This document shows positions 39,147 to 49,434 of a stretch of DNA of 64,000 bases, piece by piece. The position numbers and the translations under genes were made by a program. The stretch comes from an uncultured virus (IMG/VR IMGVR_UViG_3300017963_000256) (lineage: Duplodnaviria > Heunggongvirae > Uroviricota > Caudoviricetes). The stretch lies in IMG/VR virus record IMGVR_UViG_3300017963_000256. One strand, written 5' to 3'. Under the pieces are notes generated by a model. That model saw only the letters and a list, made by a program, of their open reading frames with translations, was not told where the DNA came from and ran no database searches. Every line of letters begins with the position of its first letter. Position 1 is the stretch's first letter.

Positions 39147-39779
39147 ATGCACGACAAATATGTTATTGGAATTGATGAAGCAGGTCGAGGTTGTCTGGTC
39201 GGAGGTCTCTGGGTGGCTGCTATCGCCACAAAATCACCAGAGTATCTCAAAGCCATCGAAGTCAATGACAGCAAGAAACTGAGCAAAAAGAAAAGAGAAG
39301 AACTCTACGAAGCAATTAAAGATAACTGTCTCATTGAGACGATAAGAATCAGTGTCAAAGATATCGACACAAAAAATCTGAACGATCTGGAGATGGATGC
39401 GGTCATAAAGATTATCAAAAGATTCGCTGAAAAACTTCAAATAGAAAGAGTCAACATCGATGCGCTTTCAGTGAACTGGTTCAAAGACAAGTATCACATC
39501 TTCAACAAAGTCAATGAGGAACATGAAGACTTCCAAGCCGAAGTCGTAACAAAACCAAAAGCAGATGCAATTTTCCCAAGTGTCAGTGCAGCATCCATCG
39601 TTGCAAAAGTCCTCAGAGACAAAGAAATGGAAGAAAGCGAAGTACCCGGATCCGGTTATCCGGCTGACAGGGTAACTTACGGATTTATTAAGAAGTATTA
39701 CAAAGAGAACAAGTGTTTTCCAGACTGTGTCAGACAAAAATGGAAAACCATTAAAAAGATAAAGAACAATGGCGTATAA
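39147..39779 (+). CDS. rnhB: Ribonuclease HII
   Basis: GIDEAGRG, DSKKL, KADA..PSVSAASIVAKV.RD, GSGYP. Confidence 0.92.
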   Translation: MHDKYVIGIDEAGRGCLVGGLWVAAIATKSPEYLKAIEVNDSKKLSKKKREELYEAIKDNCLIETIRISVKDIDTKNLNDLEMDAVIKIIKRFAEKLQIERVNIDALSVNWFKDKYHIFNKVNEEHEDFQAEVVTKPKADAIFPSVSAASIVAKVLRDKEMEESEVPGSGYPADRVTYGFIKKYYKENKCFPDCVRQKWKTIKKIKNNGV

Positions 39780-40221
39780 CGATCCCGAAACAATCTCAAT
39801 CCCCGACATCATCTATGATGCCAAAGCATTTGGCGTTGGAGAGATGATTATGTTCACTTCCGACAGAGTGGACACAGAACAACTCGACCTTGTGATCGAA
39901 GAAATAGAAAATAGCATTCGTGCCGAAGGTAAAGATGTAATGACCTACGACACCAGAGACAAGATGGTCTATTACAAGGCAAGACCGGGAGGACTCGGTG
40001 CTCTGCAAGACGCGAACTTCGAATATATCAAAAAGTATCGTGCTGCAGGATCTTTCGTGATGCTTCTGGTAGGTCTCACGGAAACCAGAACTCTTTTCGA
40101 CCTTGCCACCTATCTGCAGGCATTCAGCCGTATCGTATTCCTGCAACCATATAGACCTTTTATCGACAAATTATACCACTATCAGGAAACTTACTTCTAC
40201 CAGATATGGCCCAAAGAATGA
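39769..40221 (+). CDS. Hypothetical protein
   Basis: 150-aa coupled ORF. Confidence 0.55.
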   Translation: MAYNDPETISIPDIIYDAKAFGVGEMIMFTSDRVDTEQLDLVIEEIENSIRAEGKDVMTYDTRDKMVYYKARPGGLGALQDANFEYIKKYRAAGSFVMLLVGLTETRTLFDLATYLQAFSRIVFLQPYRPFIDKLYHYQETYFYQIWPKE

Positions 40222-40231
40222 GAGGAAATTC

Positions 40232-42688
40232 ATGCTCCACAAGCTCGACATGCAAACAAAACACATCATTGAAATCAGTCAATCGGAAGCCAAAGCCGTC
40301 AATACCAAATTGATCGAGCCAGAGCATCTCCTTATTGCCATATTAAAAGAAGACTGCTCCGCCTCTATGGTTTTGAGAAAATATAAAGTAAATATCTCCA
40401 ATATCAAACGTGTCATTCGGAAAATGAAGATTTCCAAGACCATTTCGGGGAAAGCCCATCTGAGTGAAAACTGTAAGAAGATCCTCGATCACGCTCTGGA
40501 ATTAATCGTCAAACATGACCATGAAAACATATCTCCAGAGCATCTTTTGTATTCGTTGGTAGCAACCCAAAATCGAGCACGAACCATCATTAATAAACTG
40601 ACGAATTACAAAGTCGTTAAAGAACAAATCCAAAAAGTAATCTTTGACAGAGAACAAGGCCCCGAAGAAGGTATTCACCTACCCCATCACGAAGAAGGTG
40701 GGTACGAGCATGTTCATTCTCAGCCGCGAACCAACAAACGAACAAAAAGGTCAGCCCTCGAAGCTTTCGGCAAGAACCTCACCGAAATGGCAAAACAGAA
40801 CAAATTAGATCCTGTCATTGGGCGAACTGAGGAAATGGGACGCCTTATCAATATCCTCACCAGACGTAAAAAGAACAATCCGGTTCTGGTTGGATATGCC
40901 GGTGTCGGAAAAACATCCATTGTTGAAGGCATTGCCCATGCCATCGCCAAAGGAAATGTCCCTGAAAAACTCAGAAACAAAAAGATCTATTCTATCGATC
41001 TCGGACTCATGGTCGCAGGAACCAAATACCGTGGGCAATTCGAAGAACGAATCAAAGCACTTCTCAAAGAAGTAACTCAAGACAAAGATATCATCATTTT
41101 CCTCGATGAAATCCATACCATCGTGGGCGCAGGAAGCGCAGAAGGTTCACTCGATGCCGCCAATATCATGAAACCTGCTCTCGCCAAAGGTGAGATTAAA
41201 TGCATCGGCGCTACCACCATTAAGGAATACAGGAAATCCATCGAAAAAGACGCCGCCTTGGAAAGACGTTTCCATCCGGTAACGGTTCAGGAAACCTCAA
41301 TCGAAGAAACTTTCACCATCCTGAAAGAACTTCAGCAGAAATACGAAGAACACCACGGTGTCACCATCGGAAACGAATCCATTTATCTTTGCTGTAAGCT
41401 ATCCAAGAAATACATCAATGACCGCTATCTCCCCGATAAAGCCATCGATGTTTTGGACGAAGCTGCCGCCTATGTGTCTTTAGGAAAGACGCAAAACGTT
41501 TCAACACTGAAAGATAAGATCAAAAGAACGGAAAACAAAAGAGATTCCCTATTGAAAGAAGGAAAGTTCAGGGAATTAAATAAAGTTCATAATGAACTAA
41601 AAAGTCTGAACCAAAAGCTCTTCTCAAACGCTATGTCCGAATCCGGTTTTACGGCAATTACTCCCGAAACCGTCAAACTGATCGTCTCTGAAATATCGAA
41701 AATCCCGATCACCGACATCAAAGAAGACGAAAAGGCTAATCTTGCCAACATGGAAAAAGACCTTCAGGAAGTTGTTATCAATCAGAATGAAGCCATTGAT
41801 ATCATCTCCAAGGTTGTTAAAAAATCACGTGTCGGAATGTCCGATCCCAAACGTCCTATCGGTTCGTTCATGTTTGTCGGTGCAACTGGCGTTGGTAAAA
41901 CTCACATAGCCAAACAGCTTGCCAAAATCATGTTTGGTTCAGAAGAGGCTCTCGTTCAAGTCAACATGAGCGAGTACATGGAGAAACATTCAGTCAGCAA
42001 AATGATTGGATCTCCTCCCGGTTACGTTGGCTATGAAGATGCCGGTCAGCTTACCGAAATGATCAGACGCCGTCCCTATTCCGTCATTCTTCTGGACGAA
42101 ATCGAAAAGGCACATCCCGAACTGCTGAATGTCCTGCTTCAAGTGTTTGAAGAAGGTGAACTGACTGACAATATGGGCAGGAAAACCAGCTTCAAAAACA
42201 GCATCATCATTATGACTTCCAATGTTGGCGTCAAAGAAATGAACCAGAAATCGGTTGGATTTGGCAAACACAACAATGCCACAGACGCAAAACATAAGGT
42301 TCAAGCCGCCATTAAAGATGCCTTCAGACCGGAATTCATTAACAGACTTGACAATATCGTCTTCTTCAACAAACTCTCAAAAGATGATATTTCCAAGATC
42401 GTTGAACTGGAAGTAAAACCTCTTATCGAAAAACTCAATGAAATTAACATCAAAGCCATTGTTCACGACAATGCCATCGAGTTTATCGCAAACACGGTAA
42501 ATCCTGATGAATTTGGCGCAAGACCAGTGAAAAGAGCCATCGCAACATTGTTAGAAGACAAGATAACAGACCTCATCTTGGAAGAAAAAATTCCCGCCAG
42601 TTCTACCATCAACATCAAGGTAGTAAAAGGGGAGTTAAGTGTAGTTCCTAAAAGGAAATACACACGCAGGAAAAAAGAAGGAAATTGA
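40232..42688 (+). CDS. clpC: ClpC-like AAA+ chaperone
   Basis: Clp-N repeats (PEHLL), LDPVIGR, GVGKT x2, [23 protein letters not shown]. Confidence 0.9.
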   Translation: MLHKLDMQTKHIIEISQSEAKAVNTKLIEPEHLLIAILKEDCSASMVLRKYKVNISNIKRVIRKMKISKTISGKAHLSENCKKILDHALELIVKHDHENISPEHLLYSLVATQNRARTIINKLTNYKVVKEQIQKVIFDREQGPEEGIHLPHHEEGGYEHVHSQPRTNKRTKRSALEAFGKNLTEMAKQNKLDPVIGRTEEMGRLINILTRRKKNNPVLVGYAGVGKTSIVEGIAHAIAKGNVPEKLRNKKIYSIDLGLMVAGTKYRGQFEERIKALLKEVTQDKDIIIFLDEIHTIVGAGSAEGSLDAANIMKPALAKGEIKCIGATTIKEYRKSIEKDAALERRFHPVTVQETSIEETFTILKELQQKYEEHHGVTIGNESIYLCCKLSKKYINDRYLPDKAIDVLDEAAAYVSLGKTQNVSTLKDKIKRTENKRDSLLKEGKFRELNKVHNELKSLNQKLFSNAMSESGFTAITPETVKLIVSEISKIPITDIKEDEKANLANMEKDLQEVVINQNEAIDIISKVVKKSRVGMSDPKRPIGSFMFVGATGVGKTHIAKQLAKIMFGSEEALVQVNMSEYMEKHSVSKMIGSPPGYVGYEDAGQLTEMIRRRPYSVILLDEIEKAHPELLNVLLQVFEEGELTDNMGRKTSFKNSIIIMTSNVGVKEMNQKSVGFGKHNNATDAKHKVQAAIKDAFRPEFINRLDNIVFFNKLSKDDISKIVELEVKPLIEKLNEINIKAIVHDNAIEFIANTVNPDEFGARPVKRAIATLLEDKITDLILEEKIPASSTINIKVVKGELSVVPKRKYTRRKKEGN

Positions 42689-42715
42689 TATAATTTCTTG
42701 AATATAATAGTGTCC

Positions 42716-42747
42716 AATACGGGGGACGTTCCCCCGTATTTTTTTTA
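42716..42747 (+). terminator. Rho-independent terminator
   Basis: AATACGGGGGA-CGT-TCCCCCGTATT followed by a T run. Confidence 0.85.
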
Positions 42748-42767
42748 CTGCTATTAGGATAGAAGAT

Positions 42768-43067
42768 ATGGGTATTTCGGAATGGTTATTGTCGCTTCTT
42801 ACAGAGAAGGAAATCGACAACAAATCAACTCCATCAAGCATTGTAGATGCAATGTGCAAAGAAGAATCTAAATCTGGCATTTATCATATTGCAAAGACAT
42901 CATTATCAGCCATAAGTGATAATCATGGGCACGTTATGGCTGGCAATATCAAACAGAAGCTTCTTGAACAGATCGAATTCTCTGAAAGAATAAAAGAGAT
43001 GCTCTCAATCAAAGAACTGAGAGATCTTAAAGAATATGTGCGGGGTTTGGAATTCGAGGGGACTTAA
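42768..43067 (+). CDS. Hypothetical protein
   Basis: 99-aa ORF with a ribosome-binding site. Confidence 0.5.
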   Translation: MGISEWLLSLLTEKEIDNKSTPSSIVDAMCKEESKSGIYHIAKTSLSAISDNHGHVMAGNIKQKLLEQIEFSERIKEMLSIKELRDLKEYVRGLEFEGT

Positions 43068-43068
43068 A

Positions 43069-43287
43069 ATGAAGCCTTCTGACATTAAACATGAAACAAG
43101 CCGCCTACTCCTGAGATCCGGAATAGAGAACAAGAACACAGAGAGAATATGCTGTGCTCTTATTGGAATGATGGCTATAGAGATGTTTGATAATGGAATG
43201 ATAGAAAAGGAAGTAATCGCGAAAATGAAGGAAGTTCGCGACCACTTCCCTAAAATGACTGAAGTATTTATAGATAGTATTAAGTAG
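43069..43287 (+). CDS. Hypothetical protein
   Basis: GAGG ribosome-binding site, ATG at 43069; TAG stop. Confidence 0.5.
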   Translation: MKPSDIKHETSRLLLRSGIENKNTERICCALIGMMAIEMFDNGMIEKEVIAKMKEVRDHFPKMTEVFIDSIK

Positions 43288-43444
43288 CTATTTTACTTTT
43301 AACTGATCTTTTATTCCGGCATTGTTCTATCAGCCTGATCATAATATCTACGCTGATATCCAGCCTCCTGACCTTATCTTTCATACTTGGTTTTACTGAT
43401 TCGACATTGCTCTTTGCGCTTTTGCGTATTGGATTTGTTTCCAT
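43280..43444 (-). CDS. Small basic protein
   Basis: TAATG coupling to the upstream gene. Confidence 0.45.
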   Translation of the reverse strand: METNPIRKSAKSNVESVKPSMKDKVRRLDISVDIMIRLIEQCRNKRSVKSKIAT

Positions 43445-43986
43445 TATTGATCCTTTAACCAATCAATCAACAAATCATTTACTTTGTCGATCTTAGCCGA
43501 CAACTGGTTTAAGATCTTCGTGCTGGATTTGTAACTATTCTCTAAGTTTTCAATTCTGACTTTCATTTCACGAACATCTTTTTCCATTTCCCATACTGGG
43601 CAATTGTCCATTGCGCCTTCCAATTTCTCAAGCCCAGTCCGAATTTCGTCAATGTTTTCGTCCAACCTTTTGATATCTCCGCCAGAACGAATATTTTCCT
43701 TATCGAACTCATGAACTTCTTTTCTTACTTTCTCCAACGTCTCATATAAGTCGTCAATTTCTACTTTTATTTCATCTCTTATCCGATTACTTTCAACCCG
43801 ATTTACATCAGGAACAGACAGTTTTTCTTCTTTTTTTCTCGAAATAATCATCTTTACTAACGCCAAAATACCTAATACTACAGTCAGTATGGCGGCAGTC
43901 GTGGGCCAATCCATCTGGACCACAACAGGCGTAACCTCTTGTTTTTCCTGTACTACGTTAGCTATCGTCGTTGGTGCAGTTGCCAT
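43444..43986 (-). CDS. Single-TM coiled-coil protein (holin-like architecture)
   Basis: MDWPTTAAILTVVLGILALVKMII, then coiled coil; AAGGA-N17-TAAT at 44029-44054. Confidence 0.55.
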   Translation of the reverse strand: MATAPTTIANVVQEKQEVTPVVVQMDWPTTAAILTVVLGILALVKMIISRKKEEKLSVPDVNRVESNRIRDEIKVEIDDLYETLEKVRKEVHEFDKENIRSGGDIKRLDENIDEIRTGLEKLEGAMDNCPVWEMEKDVREMKVRIENLENSYKSSTKILNQLSAKIDKVNDLLIDWLKDQ

Positions 43987-44144
43987 TTGTCTACCTTTTT
44001 GAGCGAAAATTAGAGAGCATAAAGTTATATTAGGGGAAAAACAGTCAATTCCTTGTTTTAGTAATGGAAAAATTTGGCAAAGTTTTTCATTTTTCTTTAA
44101 TTTTTCGGCTTGACATAAGTATAATAGTCCATAGAATATCCTGC

Positions 44145-44342
44145 ATATTGGCTTATGGCCCACTCCCCGTGAGGCGCAAGTCAATATCATATTCTCCTTT
44201 CTGGTGGGTATGGGAGGTGACTCCGCACCCATTGGACTCTGGTTGTGTTGTTGATCATGGTAGGAAAACTTAGAAGCGTTTGGGATGCTTGAGCCAGACA
44301 TCCGCACACTTCTGAGACAATTACTACCGACCAAGAAAGGAG
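44145..44342 (+). ncRNA. Putative structured 5' leader RNA of the vWA gene
   Basis: Several nested stems, a GUGA tetraloop, and 9-bp pairing with the ribosome-binding site. Confidence 0.5.
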
Positions 44343-44349
44343 TGTCAAA

Positions 44350-45774
44350 ATGGCACCTCTATCATTTGTCGCACTGTCTGAATTTTCAAATCTTAACAAA
44401 AAGCAGGACAATGAAGTACACCTGATGGCGAAGTTCGTCGCAGGTGAAATCGAGCAGGAAAACCGCAATCCGCTTGCGATATCATCCGTGCTCGACGTAT
44501 CAGGTTCGATGGGAGGTCCGAAGTTGGACTCCTTGAAAAAGACGATGAAGAAATTGATAAAGAATTTATCAAAACACGACTATCTCGGAATCGTCATTTT
44601 CGCCACCAGAGTTCGTGAAGTCATGAAACCTCTCCCTATGGACGCAAAGGGAAAGGAAAAGGCTTACACTGTCATCGAGGCATTGGAAGCCGACGACTGT
44701 ACAAACATGAGTGGCGGTATACTCAAGGGTTTTGAACAGTTCCAAAAGATGGACCTGCCACCCATTCGCATCAAGCCAGAAAACAGAACGCAAGCCCTCG
44801 AAATAGACGAAAAGACCAATGAGGTCGATTATATCCGAAGGCTGCTCCTTTTCACTGACGGCTTAGCGAATGAAGGAATTCGCGCAGACGACCACAAAGG
44901 CTTCGAGAAGTTAGTCAAAACCACACCCAAGAACGTTACAATTTCGACATTTGGGTACGGCGACAACTACGACGAAGAACTGCTGAATCTCATTGCAGAC
45001 AAAGCAAAAGGCGAAGCACATCACATCACAGACGATGAATCGATGTCTTCCTCGTTTGCAAGAGAACTCGGCGGTTTGGTCAGTTGCATCGGGCAGGGTC
45101 TGAAAATGGAGTTTGAAATGAATGCTGATAACGAGATTGTAGAAGTCATCAGCGACAATTACGAACACTCTCTGTCTTCAGATAAAAAGCTGTTGACCAT
45201 CGAAATACCTGATATTTATGCAGGCGAGTCCATGCGCACCGCCATTAAAGTCCGGATCCCTAAACCCGGAAAAGGCGTTGCAGGGGCAGCACGAGAATTC
45301 CGCGTAGCCACCGTGTCGGGTGAATGCGTCAACCTTAAGACCATGGAAAAAGAGTCCTTCGAAGAGAAGGTCATGGTCAACTTTGTCACAGCATCGAACG
45401 CTGACAAAAAACCGAACAAAGAGGTTGCCGAATACGCAGGAATGCTCAAAACAGCCAAAGCAAGCCGTCAGGCAATGGATTTGGCTGATAAAGGCAATGT
45501 CAAAGGAGCAGGAATGGTCCTTGCTGACTGCCTTAAATCTTTCTCCCACGTGGAATCAGACAAACTGAGTGCGTTTAGGGCTGATATGGAAGAGATGCAA
45601 CAGAATTTCGCATCCCAATCCATGTATCTCAGTAACAGAAAGAGCCTGCGAAATGTAACAAGGGGCCTGTCTAACCAACGAGCTAAGGACACGGCTACCG
45701 AAGCGTATTATGGGACTAAAACCCAAAGCGAAATGATCCAATCCTTTTCAGAGGATGAAGACGAAAAGGAATGA
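44350..45774 (+). CDS. von Willebrand factor A domain protein
   Basis: MIDAS DVSGSM, TNMSGG, LFTDG, TFGYG. Confidence 0.9.
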   Translation: MAPLSFVALSEFSNLNKKQDNEVHLMAKFVAGEIEQENRNPLAISSVLDVSGSMGGPKLDSLKKTMKKLIKNLSKHDYLGIVIFATRVREVMKPLPMDAKGKEKAYTVIEALEADDCTNMSGGILKGFEQFQKMDLPPIRIKPENRTQALEIDEKTNEVDYIRRLLLFTDGLANEGIRADDHKGFEKLVKTTPKNVTISTFGYGDNYDEELLNLIADKAKGEAHHITDDESMSSSFARELGGLVSCIGQGLKMEFEMNADNEIVEVISDNYEHSLSSDKKLLTIEIPDIYAGESMRTAIKVRIPKPGKGVAGAAREFRVATVSGECVNLKTMEKESFEEKVMVNFVTASNADKKPNKEVAEYAGMLKTAKASRQAMDLADKGNVKGAGMVLADCLKSFSHVESDKLSAFRADMEEMQQNFASQSMYLSNRKSLRNVTRGLSNQRAKDTATEAYYGTKTQSEMIQSFSEDEDEKE

Positions 45775-45790
45775 TGGTCGCCAAACCAGA

Positions 45791-45822
45791 AAAGGCGGGG
45801 GATCATTCCCCCGCCTTTTTTT
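45791..45822. terminator. Terminator between convergent genes
   Basis: AAAGGCGGGGGA-TCAT-TCCCCCGCCTTT followed by a T run. Confidence 0.85.
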
Positions 45823-45827
45823 ATTTC

Positions 45828-46052
45828 TCAACCTAAACAGATTTTCCAGTATCTATTCCAAATCGCAAATGGCGTCCTGCCCAAAAGGACAGATGCCGAA
45901 TAGACCTGTTCACCATCATAAGGACTCCGAATCTTCCGAATAATCCGGTCTTCCTCAGGTGAAATCTCCTCGCCATAATTGAAAAGATCGTTTCTGGCGA
46001 GAGCTTTTTCCTGCCACGGACGCAATTTGCGCTCAAAATAACTTTTCTTCAT
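45828..46052 (-). CDS. Hypothetical protein
   Basis: 74 aa, GGAG ribosome-binding site. Confidence 0.5.
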   Translation of the reverse strand: MKKSYFERKLRPWQEKALARNDLFNYGEEISPEEDRIIRKIRSPYDGEQVYSASVLLGRTPFAIWNRYWKICLG

Positions 46053-46253
46053 AATTGATCTCCCATGTCTTGGGGTTTAAGAAAGTACTGCTCTTCAGTC
46101 ACTTACGACAATTGGGCGGTTTGAACCTCCTTTCTGAAGCCCTGATCCTAATAGGTATATATGCACTTTTTTGAAAATGTACGCAAATTTGGGCATTTTT
46201 TTTTTATAATTTCAAAATTTTTACGAATAATAGGTAGATAAAAGGAGATCGAT

Positions 46254-46457
46254 ATGGCTAAAACCATAAGAAGAGGCGAAGGCGTCAGTAAAGAATGCAA
46301 AATGTGCAAAAGCCTTATCGAATTTGACGCCAATGATCTTGTGGTAAATGATGTCGGGGATGATTATTTCAATTGCCCCGAATGCAAAGCGCCAATCTAC
46401 ACACACATTGACGAACTGCCTAAATGGTGGCACTTTCGTTACAATGAGGGACACTGA
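46254..46457 (+). CDS. Small zinc-ribbon protein
   Basis: CKMC...CPEC; AGGAG; ACGAATAATAG at 46223. Confidence 0.65.
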   Translation: MAKTIRRGEGVSKECKMCKSLIEFDANDLVVNDVGDDYFNCPECKAPIYTHIDELPKWWHFRYNEGH

Positions 46458-46735
46458 TGATCAAAATAAATGACATCAAAGATCCTGCCGTCGATCTGTA
46501 CGATCCAGAGGGAAATAAAGTCGGCACCATCGAAACAATGCTTCAATTCGATGATGTCAGGCTCCAAATCCTCAAACAAGAGGTTTCTGGATACTACGTT
46601 ATCTGGGAAGGCGAGAAGATAGAAATAAACAAAGACAGTACATTGAACAGATGGCCCAACGGAATGTTCGATGTTACCGAAAAAATGTTAGCTGAAATGA
46701 TCCATCTAAGAACCCACAAAAGGAAACAAAAATGA
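46457..46735 (+). CDS. Hypothetical protein
   Basis: Ends in the motif WPNGMFD. Confidence 0.55.
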   Translation: MIKINDIKDPAVDLYDPEGNKVGTIETMLQFDDVRLQILKQEVSGYYVIWEGEKIEINKDSTLNRWPNGMFDVTEKMLAEMIHLRTHKRKQK

Positions 46736-47829
46736 AAAAGATTCTGATTTCAGGCGGTCCCGTCCATGCCAATCTGGACGCTGTTAAAATCATCACCAAC
46801 AAATTCAAAGGCGGTCTGATGCTGAAACTGGCAGAAGAAATGGCTTCACATGGCATCGAAGTCACTTATCTCTGCTCACGACAGTCCAGACTTCCCAAGG
46901 ATATCAATCATATCCATCATATTACTTTTCATGAGGGATTCGATGATTACCGCCTGAAGGTAAAAACAATGGCACCTGAAATGGATGCCGTCATTCTCGG
47001 TGGGGCTGTAGCCAATCTCATCCCCGTCAATCCGTGGACGGGTAAGTTCCCTTCCCACGATTACAAAGCGGGGGACATCATCCCCATCGATTTCACCATC
47101 GCTCCCAGAGTGATCGATGAAACAAAGGCAGAGATGCCTGTCTGCTCTCATCTTTTCGGGTTTAAACTGCTTTCCGGTGTCAAACATGAGGAATTGATCG
47201 ATGCCGCCTATGAAGTTCTGACCGGATCCGGCGCAACCGCTGTCTTTGCAAACGATGCACAGAACATCATGCAAGTGCATGCCGTCACGAAAGAACGGGC
47301 AGTCCATACAATGCCCAGAGACGAAATCATGAACTTCGTTCTGGATAGAATGAACGAACAATATTATCGGACACAACCGACTTCAGCAACCGGCGATACA
47401 GCTAAAAAAACCAAGAAAGACAAGGAAATGTTAAAGAAAGTCATCGCAAAGAACAAAGACAAATTTGTCAAAGTCGGTGACTATCAGTTTGGATGCGTTG
47501 CTATCCGAACTGCACGAGGATCAATCGTTACTACAGGAAGGGGTAAAAAAGAACTGGACGACGTTGTAGAAGTGATCGATGTCGATCACCGTAATCGTGT
47601 CGTTTATGCAGATAAAAAGGCAACGCTGAATGCGCCTCTTCTGCATAAAATTTTCACTGATCTGCCTGACACCAATCTGATTCTGCATTTTCACCATCAG
47701 GTTGAGGGACTGGAAACGGTACCATATGCGTGTCCGGGTACTTTTGAGGATTCTTATCTCAGAAACATCAAAGGACCGTTCAACATTGAAAATCATGGCT
47801 GTTTCCTAACCTTTCCAACACTGGAGTGA
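46732..47829 (+). CDS. CoaB-like (phosphopantothenate-cysteine ligase-type) domain fused to a class II aldolase-like domain
   Basis: KILISGGP...LDAVKIITN...AAV...FGFKL...FAND; C-terminal VTTGRG...ILHFH...NHG. Confidence 0.65.
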   Translation: MKKILISGGPVHANLDAVKIITNKFKGGLMLKLAEEMASHGIEVTYLCSRQSRLPKDINHIHHITFHEGFDDYRLKVKTMAPEMDAVILGGAVANLIPVNPWTGKFPSHDYKAGDIIPIDFTIAPRVIDETKAEMPVCSHLFGFKLLSGVKHEELIDAAYEVLTGSGATAVFANDAQNIMQVHAVTKERAVHTMPRDEIMNFVLDRMNEQYYRTQPTSATGDTAKKTKKDKEMLKKVIAKNKDKFVKVGDYQFGCVAIRTARGSIVTTGRGKKELDDVVEVIDVDHRNRVVYADKKATLNAPLLHKIFTDLPDTNLILHFHHQVEGLETVPYACPGTFEDSYLRNIKGPFNIENHGCFLTFPTLE

Positions 47830-47833
47830 AACC

Positions 47834-48499
47834 ATGTCAGATTATCCAAGCTATGAAATTTACAACAAACTGTACGCCAGATACGTCTACAAACGCCCTG
47901 TCTCGGAACTCGTAGACATTGCTGGCGATTTGAATAACAACATCGTCATTGACCTTTGTGGCGGACAAGGACGTTTGGCTTGCTATGTGGCTGAAAACTT
48001 CAAAGCCGATGTCACTCTTGTCGATCAAAGCATCGATATGCTTCCGAACGAAGACGATTTGCCTTATGGCATCAAACGTGTCAAATCTGACATCGAAAGC
48101 TTTATCACAAACTCTGTAGAAAAAACTTTTGATGTTGTTTTCTGCAGGCAGGCAATCAACTACTGGTTCAGAAATCAAGCCATTGAGTGGTTGTCTAAAA
48201 GGATGAAAAAAGGCGGCAAGTTCATCTTTAACACTTTCATGTACAAACCGTCAGAAAAACCAATGGTGAAAGAATACGAATACACTTCACCACAAGGAAC
48301 ATGGAACTACGCAGAAACGTCATGGATCATAGGAGAAACAGTACACCACATACAGGTCTGCGAAGGAATGGAGCCGCATCATACGAGTTTCAAATTCCTC
48401 GATATGCACAAGACAACGGAAACACTCAAAGGAACTGGATTTGAAGTCAAAATCCATCCTGACAAAAAAACCATCATTTACGAGTGTACAAAAAAATGA
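47834..48499 (+). CDS. Class I SAM-dependent methyltransferase
   Basis: VIDLCGGQG, VDQSIDML, FDVVFC, KGGKFIF. Confidence 0.85.
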   Translation: MSDYPSYEIYNKLYARYVYKRPVSELVDIAGDLNNNIVIDLCGGQGRLACYVAENFKADVTLVDQSIDMLPNEDDLPYGIKRVKSDIESFITNSVEKTFDVVFCRQAINYWFRNQAIEWLSKRMKKGGKFIFNTFMYKPSEKPMVKEYEYTSPQGTWNYAETSWIIGETVHHIQVCEGMEPHHTSFKFLDMHKTTETLKGTGFEVKIHPDKKTIIYECTKK

Positions 48500-48511
48500 A
48501 GGAGTGAGAAA

Positions 48512-49183
48512 ATGGAAACTAAAGATATCACCATCGTCAAAAAGACCAATTACACCATCAACTATGAAGTCTTTAAGGATTTCGTCTATTTCGAAATCAC
48601 CAAAGGCAAAACCAAATGGGATCCTTTCGCAATGCCCATCGCATACTTCAATGAAAAGATTGATCCCAAGAGGAAACAGACTTTCAACAAACTCGTCAAC
48701 CTGTCGTGGCGGGAAAAATATTTGGCCTACAAAAAGAGCTTCATGGCTGAGTACGTTGCCGGAAGAGCAAATTACACGGAGGAAAACATTTATGATGATC
48801 TTCTGAAATGTCTCAAGAAGGGTAAAACTGAGTTCATCTTCAGAAACACCCTTTGTGATGACGGGTTCTTCTACAAGGGGGACAAACCCATCCTGAAGGG
48901 CGTAGAGATCAGTTTCTTACCTACGGATTTCAAAGATTTCAGGGAATTCGAAAAGAAACTGAAGAAGAACAAAAAGGTTTCTAATATGAGAATGGTCTCT
49001 ACTGACCACTGGGAAAGGGAAGGAAGGTCAGAGTCTTGTTATGAAAAACTGCTTTTCACTTATACTCCCAGTCAGGTTGAATTCAACAAATGGGTAGATA
49101 AGGAAAAATACTGGACTTGCTACATGGAAATGTATGCAAAGAAAGCCCTGCAGGTAGATAAGTACGAAATCAGAGACTATTGA
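48512..49183 (+). CDS. Hypothetical protein
   Basis: 223 aa, AGGAG ribosome-binding site. Confidence 0.6.
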   Translation: METKDITIVKKTNYTINYEVFKDFVYFEITKGKTKWDPFAMPIAYFNEKIDPKRKQTFNKLVNLSWREKYLAYKKSFMAEYVAGRANYTEENIYDDLLKCLKKGKTEFIFRNTLCDDGFFYKGDKPILKGVEISFLPTDFKDFREFEKKLKKNKKVSNMRMVSTDHWEREGRSESCYEKLLFTYTPSQVEFNKWVDKEKYWTCYMEMYAKKALQVDKYEIRDY

Positions 49184-49185
49184 AT

Positions 49186-49221
49186 AAAAGCCGGTATCGA
49201 CATCGTTGGTACCGGCTTTTT
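49186..49221. terminator. Terminator between convergent genes
   Basis: AAAAGCCGGTA...TACCGGCTTTTT. Confidence 0.8.
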
Positions 49222-49371
49222 CTATTGAAAAAAATGACTAATTGTTAAAGAAATAACGACAGCTGAAATCAATCCTACCACAACTACAATGACACGTTGT
49301 ATCTTGAGTTTGCGTTCTTTACGCTGCCTCTGCTTTTCCCAAAATTCATAGCCCAACTGCTTCGGATCCAT
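49222..49371 (-). CDS. Small membrane protein, 49 aa (not in ORF track)
   Basis: MDPKQLGYEFW...RVIVVVVGLISAVVISLTISHFFQ. Confidence 0.45.
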   Translation of the reverse strand: MDPKQLGYEFWEKQRQRKERKLKIQRVIVVVVGLISAVVISLTISHFFQ

Positions 49372-49388
49372 CGTCACATCTTTCTAAA

Positions 49389-49414
49389 AAGGATTTCCCC
49401 TCAGTTAATAGAAT
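49389..49414 (+). promoter_or_regulatory. Putative promoter AAGGA-N17-GAAT
   Basis: 20 nt upstream of the MshEN ATG; GAGGAGG ribosome-binding site. Confidence 0.65.
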
Positions 49415-49434
49415 TATACACTGAGGAGGTCCGC

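Noticed and set aside
43987..44334. N-terminal extension of ORF 43444..44334
   Set aside because: It crosses promoter motifs and the vWA leader; the ATG at 43986, with its own ribosome-binding site and promoter, is a better start.
46060..46140. Hammerhead ribozyme (CTGAAGAG on the minus strand)
   Set aside because: No stem II followed by GAAA and no NUH cleavage site in the required arrangement.
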